NCBI RefSeq assembly: GCF_006345805.1
Contig: NW_021833442.1
Location: forward strand, 1 to 63,193
Direction of reading: 5' to 3'
Source of the DNA: Octopus sinensis
Taxonomy: Eukaryota
DNA length: 63,193 nt
Shown here: in pieces, positions 13,290-26,200 of the stretch
Layout of the letters: each line of letters begins with the position of its first letter
Numbering within the stretch: position 1 is the first letter of the stretch
Program-made: the position numbers and the translations under genes
The notes under the pieces: model-generated
What the model was told of the DNA's origin: nothing
What the model saw: only the letters and a program-made list of their open reading frames with translations
Database searches by the model: none

Positions 13290-14260
13290 TAGGTGCTCGA
13301 TCCTAACAAATGGCACAGATTAGTGTATTCTTCACATGAAAAAGTACAGATGCTCAAGAGAATACTTGACAGTGGAAGGTTTACTGCTGTCGGTCGCGAA
13401 TTCGTTGTCAATGAAGCTACCATTTGTCCCATTTACCAATTGCGTAATGTCATGAAAGCTTCTAATGATACACCCCTTGATAAGTGGATCGAATCGTCAG
13501 AGTGCATAAAGACGATTTTATTCTGCTCAATATGGATGCAGAGCTGTTACATGAAGCGGCTTCCTATGTCCACAAAACGTGGCCAGAATTGTGCAAAGCA
13601 AATACGTAAGAATTTGGTTAGAGCTTTCCGATGTTGCTGACAAGTACCAATATATCCAATATATGGATGGGTAACAAAATCTCATTGAACAGCATAATTT
13701 AGCCAGCAAAGTTGATTCAAGTGAAACAGCATCAGTAGATACCGAAGTTGCTGGACATTTTCCTGAAGAATTTCATAAAGTGATGAACGAAAGTGGATAT
13801 TTACCGTGCTAAATTTTAAACACTGATGGGAAAAAGATGCCTTACATAATTTGCGTAGCTAAAGAGGAGGGTAAGATGCCAGTCTTCCAAGAATGTTTGT
13901 GCTGTTCTGTGGTACCGGCACTGGAGATTTTAAAGCTAAACCACTACTTAGATACGTTCAGCCCGATCTTGTCCCTTTCAGAGGAGTATCATGCTAATTC
14001 TCCCGGTGCACTAACACGCTAATAAAAATAGGGTAAATGATTGAAGTGATCTTTGAAGAGTGGTTTATGACCCACTTCTGTGCTGAAATGAAAGAGTACT
14101 GAACCAAAAGAATATTTCTTTTAAAGCATTTCACAAAGTCTGTATACACTTGGCTGAGCTGTTCTGGGCTGGTTGAATCAGTTGGGTGCACATTGCAGAG
14201 ATAGGGTATGAATGTTCTTACACATTTGCCCAATAATTATTCGGTCTCATATACATCACT
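13290..14260 (+). pseudogene. Tigger/pogo (TIGD1-like) DDE transposase relic
   Basis: Fragments EKVQMLKRILDSGRFTAVGREFVVNEATI (psq/CENP-B-type HTH), SETASVDTEVAGHFPEEFHKVMNESGYLP, KMPYIICVAKEEGKMPVF, KPLL..YHANSPGAL and MIEVIFEEWFMTHFCAEMKEY (DDE_1-like) in order; many stops and frameshifts; TIRs not identified. Confidence 0.8.
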
Positions 14261-14299
14261 GAGTAATTAACAAGATTGAAATATAATTTTATTTTTTAT

Positions 14300-14660
14300 G
14301 AGGCGCATGCGTGGTTGTGTGGTAAGAAGCTTGCTTCCCAATCACACGGTTCCGTGTGCAGACTCACTGTGTAGCACCTTGGGTATGTGTCATACTCAAG
14401 GCCGATTGGTAGACGAAAACCGAAAGAAGCTCGTCGTATGCGTGTGTGTGTGCTTGTTCCCCATCACTGCTTGAGAATCGATGTTGGTGTGTTTAAGTCC
14501 TTGTAACCTAGCGGTTCGGTAAAATGGACCGATAGAGGAAGTAGCAGGCTTAAAGAAAAGAAATATGTACTGGAATCGGTTCATTCGACTAAAAATTCTT
14601 CAAGGGAGTACCCCCGCATGGCTGCAGACTCATGACTGAAACAAGTAAAATATAAAAGAT
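14300..14660 (+). mobile_element. SINE family A, full length, diverged
   Basis: Head gcgtggttgtgtggtaagaagcttgcttcccaatcac; tail gcatggctgcagactcatgactgaaacaagtaaaa. Confidence 0.8.
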
Positions 14661-15329
14661 GCCCACTCTTCTATAATCTTATATATTTACTTACTGATTT
14701 TCTTATCACTATTTCGGTCAGTGGCGAAAACGACGCTTCGTTGACCGAAACATGTCCAAAACGTGTCCGAAGATGTCCTTCATAATTGCTGAAATGATTA
14801 AAATAATGTCACTCATTGAGTTAATGTTGTCTTTAAAATTAGATTTTCATTTTTAATGCTCACTTCATTAAATGTGGTAAGAGTAACTTAACTTTTACTT
14901 TCGTTTATGGTCCTTGTCCCTTCTAGAGGAGTATCATGTCTCCTTTCGTTTATGGTGACGGTAACTCTTCGAAGATTATCGCAGGGAATCTGCTTTGGTG
15001 TATGGGACTGCCATTCTATGTTCGGTGCCTTCTCTCAGAGGTCTCGTATATCTTCCATTTAGCGTTTTTATAATCTTATATACAATGTAGCGTTAAAAGG
15101 AGATGGTCATGTGTTGATTGTTTTTGACCAGAGATGCACTAAACCAGAGTAAACTTGGAAAGTCAAGAACAGTTGTCTGTTACATAATTAAATGTTTTCT
15201 AAATATTTTATGAATTTCAGGTTTAGAACATTGAAACTCACTTGTAAAATTCGGTTAAACCGTGTGGCAACAGGATAACATGGAGATATGAATACTAATG
15301 AGAACTATGCACATACGCACGCGTACACA

Positions 15330-15600
<271 letters not shown>

Positions 15601-15945
15601 CAAAAAATAGCCAGACCGATAAGCATGTGACAGGTAAATAGGTAAAAGTATAGATATATATTTACATTCGTACTTCATGTATACACAGACGCGCGCGCGT
15701 ACATGTATCAAAATATATAGATACATATATGCATGCCTGTATGCATACACATACATATATGCACACACCTAATATATGTGTATATATTTCTACACACATA
15801 TAAATAAATGTATACACACACACATAGATACATACATACATTCATATATATATATAAATCTATCTATCTATATATATATATCTATATATATATATATATA
15901 TATAATATATATATATATATATGTGTGTGTGTGGTGTGTGTGTGT

Positions 15946-15977
<32 letters not shown>

Positions 15978-16016
15978 CATAAATGCAGTTTAATTCACTT
16001 TCGAAAAAAAGAGCAC

Positions 16017-16075
<59 letters not shown>

Positions 16076-16952
16076 TAGCGATAATGCAATGTGACAGCTG
16101 TGGGAGTAACGAAGCAGTTGAGGTGGGGTGCGGGGGGGGGAGATACATTAATTTAGAAAATGAAATGAAAATTTGCTTTTTTTATATAAAGAAACAAAAT
16201 TTATATTAAAAATAAATATATATAATTGAAGAATATGTATAAATAAATAAAATAATCTATTCTTATATCAATTTGTCTTTGTGGAGAAAACTCTTTATAG
16301 TATTTCGTTGTTGCGTTCTTTGCCTTGTCATTCCTTCAGTTCCCCCCCCCTACTATCTAACCGTACATCCAGACATATGATTTCTTAATCTTCCAAAATT
16401 TTAAATAGTTTCATCTTTACAAGCAAACTACATCAGCATCAGCAGCAGGAGCAACAGCAACGATGGTTTTATCAGCATCAAAAAATGGAAGAATTTGGGG
16501 GATTTTTTTGCAAACTAGTCTTGTTTCTGTTTCGTTAAATGTTTCTAAAATGTTGGAGCAAAGAAAGGTAGAAAAGGAAAAGAGAGAAAATGGAAAAGGA
16601 GAAAAAAGAGGAAGGAGAAAAGAAAGAGATGAAGGAAAGAAAGATTGTTGAGCACGTGAGTTGGAGGAGTTAGGTCTTGTTCGTTGGAACTGTTTTTCCT
16701 GTCGTTGCAGGTTGTACAAGAGAAAAGTAGCAAGATCAAGACGAGCAGCAGAGACTGCAGCTTCACCTGTACACAAGCGCAGGAATGAACGCGCGCGCAC
16801 ACACACACCACACACACACACACAGAGACACAGGCACACACACACACACATATATATATGCATATATGTATGTATATATATATGTGAATATATATATATA
16901 CACGTACATACTTGCATACACACACATACATAAATATATATATATAAATACT

Positions 16953-17029
<77 letters not shown>

Positions 17030-17240
17030 TAAATATATACATACATACTTTTATGTGTAATCAAACATCTTTATTTTGTTTTATTATATTTATGAAAATG
17101 CTTCGTATTCCCACGTTTATATCCAACATAGATATCTTAAGTATAATTCACTACAAATTTTAAATGTAAAAATATAAACATATGCATAACAATCTACACA
17201 CACACATACACACACACACATATATATATATAATATATAT

Positions 17241-17273
<33 letters not shown>

Positions 17274-17644
17274 TATATATATATATATATATATAATATA
17301 TATATATATTACATATGTATATACATATCACATTAGTACATAATAACAATATGAAGAAATGCCTATACATACATGGTGACGTAGATATAAAAGCCATCAA
17401 ATGTAAAATTCCTTATTCAGAAATGCCTGAAAAAGAGAAAAAAAAAATTAAAACAAGAGATTTATAGCAATTATTTATAAAAGTCATTTATTAATAATTT
17501 AGTAAACCAAACTATAGAACAGCAACTCTACAAATTCATTTCTATAGATACAACATATATATACATAAGCCAATAAAATTTACGAAACCACTTGTATGGG
17601 AAATTATTGATATGTGAACCAAATTCAGTTTGAATATAAAATAG

Positions 17645-17860
17645 ACCATTTATCCTTTATCGTTTGTTTTAGTCACTGGGCTACGGACATGCTGGGGCAT
17701 CGCTCTGAAGCGTTTTTAGTGGAACGAATCGTACTGGGTACGATTCGTTCCACTATTTGGTTACGGGTGCGTAAACGGAATCAATACCGCTTGTCAAGCT
17801 GTGGTGTTGCGAGAGGGACAAACACTGATGCCAACACAGACACAAACACACACACATACA
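17645..17860 (-). mobile_element. SINE family A 3' half with an internal perfect hairpin
   Basis: catgctggggcatcgc...ttacgggtgcgtaaac...ttgtcaagc landmarks; centre replaced by an 18-bp inverted repeat at 17,717-17,755. Confidence 0.7.
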
Positions 17861-17862
17861 TG

Positions 17863-17940
<78 letters not shown>

Positions 17941-17951
17941 ATATATACTAC

Positions 17952-18404
17952 GTAAATGATTTAAGTTATTTAATTTATAGAACGAAGTACTACAAATTCA
18001 ATCAAATTTTCGTAAATGGAGATTAAATATTAATATAAGAATAAAATATTTTTATTCATTTCGCTATACGATCGTTTCGTACAGAAAGACAATAAATTCA
18101 TTTTAAGCATCTGAGTTGTCAAAGAGTACTCACCAGTAGCACAATAAGAAAAAATAATAAAAACTAAATAAAGAAAAAAGGGGGACTTTAGAATTACGTA
18201 GGTATGGTGTTCTTACTAATTTTTGTAATTTGTAATTGTTCTTGGGGTCTATTTAAAATGAATTTATTGTCTTTCTGTACGAAACGATCGTATAGCGAAA
18301 TGAATAAAAAATATTTTATTCCATATTAACGTCTAATCTCCCCCATTTACGAAAAAATGATTGAATTTGTCGAACTTCGTTCTATAACTTACATCATATA
18401 CTTA
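17952..18404. repeat. Fold-back element with ~135-150-bp inverted arms (68-bp perfect core)
   Basis: 18,039-18,106 is the exact reverse complement of 18,253-18,320; imperfect pairing extends outward to about 17,952 and 18,404; 146-bp spacer. Confidence 0.9.
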
Positions 18405-18592
18405 ATATACTTATATAACCTTTCATATCTACGCTAATTTACATCAGTAAATTCAAAATAAATTATGAAGAATCAACGTTAGAAATCTTTTGGAAACTAC
18501 TCCAATTAAAGGACGAATCCACATTCAAACCTTTTTAAATATATACATATATATATGCTAACTTATATATATATCTATATATATATATATAT

Positions 18593-18667
<75 letters not shown>

Positions 18668-18671
<4 letters not shown>

Positions 18672-18830
18672 ACGACCGGCATCCGCACAGGTTTCAGTCT
18701 AGCAAATACACTCATAAGTGGTCGTCCGGGGCTATAGTAGAACATACTTGCTCAAAGCGTTACAAAGAGAAACCTAACCTGAAACCGTATGGTTGCAGGT
18801 AGAGTTTCTTCACTCCACATCGATACCTGT
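18668..18830 (-). mobile_element. SINE family A 5' half, diverged
   Basis: ggggctatagtagaacatacttgctcaa...accgtatggttg landmarks. Confidence 0.55.
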
Positions 18831-18944
18831 ACGTTACGAATGCAATTTCCTAACAAAGAGCACATGTAATATATATTTTAACTAATTATTAAATAACATT
18901 ATGAATTTTTTACAAAATCTGGTAAATTTAATCAAACACACCCT

Positions 18945-19150
18945 CTCCATTCTCAAGGCCTAAAACTTTGTGGTAGGGCACAAATCGATTACATCGACGC
19001 CAGTGTTTAACAGGTACTTATTTTATCGACCCTGAAAGGATGAAAGACAAAGTCAACCTCCAGGGAATGTGAACTCAAAATGTAAAGACGGACGAAACGC
19101 CGCTCAGCCTTTTGCCAGGATGTGCTAACGATTCAGCCAGTACGCCGTAT
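18945..19150 (-). mobile_element. SINE family B
   Basis: atcgattacatcgacgccagt...acttattttatcgaccctgaaaggatgaaagacaaagtc...tgctaacgattcagccag. Confidence 0.8.
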
Positions 19151-21360
19151 TGAATAATAAAACGACAAGCACATTTAATACATATATCTGTTCGTTCAAA
19201 CATACATACATACATACATACATACATACATACATACATACAAACATACATACATACATACATGGTGGCTGCCCTCTTGTTATCGAGTATGGCCATTGCA
19301 CGAAGCTTAATCAATGTTGTTATCATGCAATGCCTGTGCAAGAAGATTTTTTTAAAGTGAGGAAAGGCTGTGCACTGAGTCAATCCCACTCACTGAGCAA
19401 CAGCAGCCTTAATTCGAAAAGAAGAACAAGTCAACATCATCGGTAACCACTGAGCCGCAGGTTTTATGTCGGAGTTATCCCAGTTACCTGAGTTACCTTC
19501 TCCTAGAAGGATGCCCTAACAAAGGCTAGGAGTCCTTCACTCCCAATGGTTTAACAGCGCGATCAGGTATTCAGTCCGATTATTTCTATGTCCCCGCGCA
19601 TGATACAGCCTTAATACATACATACATACATACATACATACATACATACATACATACTTAGCGTTGTCCGTTACAAGCGTGAAATCGCAAAGAATAGTCT
19701 ATAACTTGTTTTTGAAGATTCGCCTTTGCGTCTATGCCAACCTAAGCAAGCCTAGATCAGTAGATGATTCTTTTCTTTATGATACAAATAAGAGAAATAC
19801 CTTTCGTTCGCCAACTTGGCATCATTCTTGCCAATTTTTTCAAAAACTCTTCTCACCATGTGAGATTTTGCTTAAACGATTATGGCCGATACTAATACGA
19901 ACAACACCACCGCCACCATGAATAGTGATATTTACGGTTAGAATACATCTGTGAGTTATCTGAGAAGAAATAATTCTTCTTCTCACGTCACTTGGTCTTT
20001 GCATTTAAATCAAGATTTACTACGGTAGAATGAAAAAGTCTCGAGATCATCCTGCCTTCTCGAGATCCTCCTGTCTTCGACTGAATTAAATGGTTAAAAA
20101 ACACTGAAGCAAATCTCATTTCAAACTTAAGTCACGTCTTTTGTTCCTTCGACAGTTGAGAGTTCAGCACGACACAGATGCACTTTATTTTCAATTCAAT
20201 GTTCTGATGTCTATAAAGAAAATGTGACGATACTGGTATTGGTGCTTTGGTTTGCTGAACAACTTGCACTATGAGTATTATGATAGTGGGCTTAGATTTT
20301 TTTGAAGAACCAGTTGCATTCTGTTTCATCTTTCAAACTTATATTCTTCTGATGCAACAAGTTCTATGACCCCAGTAGTTATTAGGGTGCATGATTTGCA
20401 TGGAGCTATCTTCTCTTAGATGAACACCAAAAGAGCCGAAGGGCCTCATCCAAACTGAGTCGGTTGGGGCATCTGTAATTGACCTTCCGGAGCCAATTCC
20501 GGGACATGCTAACTAACCTTTGCCACATCAAGGCTAAACAGGTACAACAGGTATTTATCTATGTCTCCAAAATTACTCTCACAAATAACAATCGATGTTC
20601 CTAGTTTTGGAATATTAAGTTGCCTTTCCGACTGTATCGGCCAAAATCTGTCATAGAGATTGATAAGAATGGAAATATACCGTGTCAGATCGGTATCTCT
20701 GTATATTGATCCAGCAGAGGTGCGGAACATATACAGTTATAAAACATTTTAAAACCTCTGAAAATAATTTTTTCGGCTTGTCTCTGCTATCGTTAAATAA
20801 AAGACCTGTTTGGCGAGAGTAAGGGGGGAAAAAAGGAAAAATACTTTTATGGCATAAGTTATCGGTGATATCGGTGAGTATAAGATAAAAAGTGTTATAA
20901 TACTGATTAGAATATTAATATCTTCTTGGTTATGGCTGATGCTATTCTTAAGGAAAGTCTGGAAAATGCTTTCATAGTATGTGACCAGGATGGCAACAGA
21001 ACGAGAGGAAAGCATAAGCACACTACACCGAAGAATCGGACCGTGAAATACCAATAGTATTATTAAATGTTAGGCGATGTATTAAGATTTCACTCTAAAT
21101 CGCAAGAGAAAATGAACAACTATTAAGCATAACTCCAAGACCCAAACTGAAAGACTTTAGCATCGTAAACAATTTTAGAAATAGTATAACCCAAGCCACG
21201 AGTTTGCTTCTAATCTGCATGCTACGTAGAGGAGGACGAAGATAAACAACATCGTTGTAAAAAGAGCCCCTTACTAGGAGGATCTAAAAATAGTGGGGGG
21301 CACCAGGAAAAGACTTGTTTACTCGTAACAACTCTACAATATATATACATACATATACAA

Positions 21361-21404
<44 letters not shown>

Positions 21405-21922
21405 AGAAGATACAAATATTACAGGCATCCCCCACACACACACACTAACTAAACATAGACGCACATAGAGATATAAGCATGCGCAAATGAAGACACATAT
21501 AATAGAAATGTAAATGCGCCTGCGCGCGATATTTAAAAAATTATAGCATATAATGATGGTACACGTGTTATCTTGTCTCTGAATTATAAGTTAGTTGTTT
21601 AGGCCTGTTACTGACGAGAATTCGCCTGGTAGATAATATGGTCTTGCTAAATTATCTATTAAAAGATGGCAAACAATATTATTTGCTAAAGAAATTCGAA
21701 ACCATGAATAACCGTTATATAACAAGGTAAAGGGTTTTATTTTTCATCTCTTCGAAATTTACTATAAAATTGTGGTTTTTGGCCGTGTTGGCTGCTATTT
21801 CTATCATGTAAAAATTACCTGTTAAAGGGTAATTTTCCATTTTGAAATACGAATATGTTGCCTATTGACTTTTTATACATGCTAGGCCACTGGTGGTGGT
21901 ATTTATAACGAGTATTCGCCAC

Positions 21923-21970
<48 letters not shown>

Positions 21971-21989
21971 CATACATATTAGAGGGAAA

Positions 21990-22100
21990 CCACTAAATAC
22001 TGGGTTTGATACATTCGACCAAACGGTCTTCAGGGCGGTGCCCCAGCATGGCCGCAGTCTAATGACTGAAACAAGTAAAAGATTTAAAAAAATAAAAGAT
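21990..22100 (+). mobile_element. SINE family A 3' tail
   Basis: gggcggtgccccagcatggccgcagtctaatgactgaaacaagtaaaag. Confidence 0.75.
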
Positions 22101-22653
22101 ACATGTATTTTTATTCATCTCCATGAGATGAAGTCGCTGGTTCTATACAACTGATGCGTGGAAAAAGCGGGACGAAGCCACGTGACGGACAGTGTGTGTG
22201 TATGTGTGTATATGTATGTGTGTGTGTATATGTGTATATGCATGTGTGTGTGAGTGTGTGAGTGTGTGTGTGTGTGTACGCTCGCGCGTGTGTGTATTCA
22301 AATACTCTACACACCAACGAAATATCATACTTGGGCTATTTTCCTGGGAAACCTTAAAATCGCCAATGTCGACAAGAAATGTAGACTTACTCTTGGATCC
22401 GTTGATCGTTACATGTCGAAGGATATTTCTTTGCAACTCAACAGCAAAAAGATCGCTATAAAATATTCAGTGAGAATTTTATACTGCTTTGTCGTTAAAT
22501 CAAAGCGATTGAACACATAAATTCCTTGGATTATTGGATCATGGAAACCATCGTGGGAAGTTCAAACCATAAAGAAGCATCCATCTATTAATCCATACTT
22601 CATCAATACACACATGCGCGCGATATATATATATATTATATATATATATTATA

Positions 22654-22702
<49 letters not shown>

Positions 22703-22708
<6 letters not shown>

Positions 22709-22713
22709 TAGAT

Positions 22714-22781
<68 letters not shown>

Positions 22782-22796
22782 GGGTAGAGGATAGAT

Positions 22797-22867
<71 letters not shown>

Positions 22868-22876
22868 GGGTAGAGG

Positions 22877-22923
<47 letters not shown>

Positions 22924-22996
22924 GGGTAGAGGGATAGATAGATAGATAGATAGATAGATGGGTAGAGGGATAGATAGATAGATAGATAGATAGATA
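22703..22996. repeat. (GATA)n array with TGGGTAGAGGGA interruptions, left flank of the LINE
   Basis: Visible; the same interruption motif recurs in the right flank. Confidence 0.95.
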
Positions 22997-23297
22997 ACTT
23001 TCTTTTATTAGCCACACAGGGCTGAATACAGAGGGGACAAATACAAATGCAGAGCTTTTCTTTTCGAGGGTGGAAAAAAATAAAAAATGTAAGATTGCGA
23101 TCAAAAGGGATCGAGAGGAGGAAAAAAGGAAAAAAAAGAAAATCGTGTATCACAGAAATAATGGTGTAAACATTGATATAACAAGATTGGGTTCATCCGT
23201 GGGAAGAAAAGCCTACAGAAAAGACCACGGGAACCCCAGTCAGGGAGGAAATAAACACATGAGGTCAAAAATGCTCTCTTTTTTTCTTTTTTACGAT

Positions 23298-26200
23298 CTA
23301 CAGGATCATGCTCAAAATGGTTTCGTTACTAGCACGCACCATCTTTGCAACATTCACCCATCTTTTTTTGAATCTTTCGCGAGACAAAACTTCCCTCTCC
23401 ATTCTCACCTTCCTTTTCAAGTGGTACTTGAAAAAGTTGATGAGCGATTGGCCAGAGAGGTAAGTGTTTGTCTCTAATCCTTTCGCTCGAGTCCACCACA
23501 CACATTCTTTCACCATGGCCACCAGTACGATGAAAACTGCCTTGCCTTCCCGGTTGAGGGAAGGGGGCGGAGCAATTCTCACGATAGACTCGGCCGATAG
23601 GCGGATTCGTCCCACACGTGACAGCAGCCGTTCGGCATAAGCCCACAGGTCGGAAATGGTTGGACATTGCACGAGTGCGTGCAGAACGGTTTCGTCGCTC
23701 TGACCGCATCTCGGGCAAGTCGGTCCAGTGTGTCTGGAACCGTGTCTGTAGAGCTTATCCCGAACAGGTAATGCTTCTCGATAGCACTGCCAGGCCAGGG
23801 ATCTTTGGTGATTGTTCATAGGTCCCGGCCCGAAAGTTGTCCTGAACAGGCGGGTCAGGTGTTCCTCGTCGACGCCCAGACTCTGCCCGAGTTCGTCGTC
23901 GCACCTCCCCTCCACTAATCCTCTATAGAATGCCTTTGTTGTGATGGAGTCGCACAAGTTCGATCCCGGACGGCAGAGTTGCTTGAGAGCAACGCGACAC
24001 TCACGGTGCCATTCGCCTAGCCTCGGTCTCTGCTTGATCCATGACTGTAGTTCGTCCAAGGAGACGAGCTGCGGGAAAGCGCGCCGCACAAAAGGCGACC
24101 ACCCCTGTTCACCGTTGTCTATGAAGCGCCGGAGATGTCGCAGTCTCAGCGCATGTCTGCGCATCATCAACCACGGCATGCCCAGCCCTCCATTTAGCGG
24201 GTGTTGGCAGCAAATGGATCGCCTAACCATCGGAACGTTTCCCTTCCACAAGAAGCGGAAGAGTATGCGTTCCAGTTTGGTGATGGTAGGGTCGGGACAA
24301 GGCACGACGGTCAGACGGTACTCGATGACGGATGCGATGTACGCGTTCGCCACCTCCGCCCGACCTTTTAGGGATAGCTTTCTCTCAGTCCATTTCTGGG
24401 TGAGAGTAGCCACCCTAGTCGTTATCTCGCCCCAGTTCTTCTCCATTTGGAGGTCCGGACCGAACCAGACCCCGAGCAATTTAACCGGTCCGTCCGTCCA
24501 GCGTCCCACGATGGAGACGCTGTTGGACGGCATGGGCTTGCTTCTCCAGGTGCCGAGCCGCAAGCCCACTGACTTTTCCCGGTTAATTTTTGCTCCCGTT
24601 ACCGCTTCGTATTCTTTCAGTGTCTCGCCGACCAGCTCGATGTGCTCGTAGCTCGACACTATGACGGTGACGTCATCCGCGTATGCAGACACGCTCCTCC
24701 CGCATCCCAGCTCTCGTGGGATGCCCCTCAGCGTCGCCAGTTTCCGCAGTAGTGGCTCAAGAGTCAGTACATACAGCAGCGATGAGAGGGGGCATCCCTG
24801 ACGAACCGAACGCATGATGTTAAAAGGTCTGGATAGATGACCATTTACGCGAACTACTGAGCGGATGCCGCTGTATAAGGCAGCGATCCAACCGCGGAAA
24901 ACTGGACCGAAACCAGCCGCTTTGAGGACAGCCTCCAAGTAGTGATGGTCTACCCTATCGAAGGCTTTTGATTGATCCAAATTGATCAGCGCCCCACCCA
25001 TGCCAGGATTTTTAACTACCCTGTCTATGATGTAGCGCATCAGATGGAGGTTGTCATGAATACTTCTACCCGGCACGGCGCATGTTTGCGCCTTGTCGAT
25101 TAGTTTCTTGATGACAAGCGCCAACCTCTCGGCTAACACCTTGGCCAAAATTTTCAAATCTGCGTTGAGCAGAGTGATGGGCCTGAAATTATCTATGACG
25201 TCCCCCTTGTTTGGGTCTTTCTTGATCAGTGCCACTGCTCCTCGCTTTACAAAAGCAGGAATACTCCCGTTCTGCTGCCAGTTGCAGTAGACAGCTGCCA
25301 AGACGCCTCCAAACAAGTCTGGCATATGAAAATAAAATTCGTAGGGCAGACCATCCAAGCCTGGTGACTTGTCTCTCGCGCAGCCTACCATCGCATCCTG
25401 TACGTCCGCAGCTGTGATAGGCTTTTCACAAGACTCCACCTCCCTTGCTGAGAGTCGTGGCAAGGCATGCAGGTAGGCACTAAAGTCCACTCTGCTTTCT
25501 GACTCACCACTTGTCCCAAACAGTTGGGTGAAGTGTTGTTGAAAAACCCCACACATCCTTTTAGGCTCGAGCAATTCGCGCCCCTGTTCATCTATAAGAG
25601 ACTTGATGGTGGCTCTGTTGCCTCGTTGCGTCTCCACCACTCGGGCCTCTTGGGCGGCTCCAACTCCTTCGTTCCTCAGAGCACGCATCCTAGCTCTGAC
25701 AACGCATCCCTCGTGTTTGGCGTTGAGGTGTTGGTCGAGGGCCAATCTCGCCGCCAGTACGTTGGACGCGATGCCAGTTCTAAGTGCCTCTTCTAAAACC
25801 TTAACTAATTCTCCCTCTACTCTATTTCGGTCTAATGCTAGGGCTCTACTGTATCTGACTGATTCTGCTTTAATCGCTTTTTTTAGGGCATACCACCATC
25901 TGTTGTTGATGATGGTACCCGTCAAAGCTCTCTTAACTAATGTGCTGATCCGGTCCCTGTAAACCTGTCGTGCTGTAAAAGACGCGTTCAGTTTCCAGTA
26001 ACCAGGACCCTGCCTATGTGTCTTATCTAAGTCAAGTGTACAAGTCACAAACTTGTGATCTGTGTAACTGACTATATGAAATTGTGGACAACCTACACTA
26101 TTTTTATCTATTGTCCTACAGAATACTCTATCTAAGTATGATCTGGACGACCCGATGCGGTTACTCCATGTCCACATTGGCACATTCGGGTGGTCCAGTC

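Noticed and set aside
14711-14760. tttcggtca...tgaccgaaacatgtc hairpin as a hammerhead
   Set aside because: GAAAC-ATGTC half is present but there is no CUGANGA box in the required position.
16400-16800. Possible minus-strand promoter/5' UTR (TCATTC initiator-like at 16,783-16,788; TGACAGCTG near 16,091)
   Set aside because: Short motifs occur by chance; no supportable exon or ORF follows. Would need CAGE or RNA-seq.
23329-25962. Antisense and alternative-frame ORFs over the LINE (e.g. 23,941-24,651, 236 aa)
   Set aside because: Shadow ORFs expected opposite a GC-rich coding sequence; no motifs recognised.
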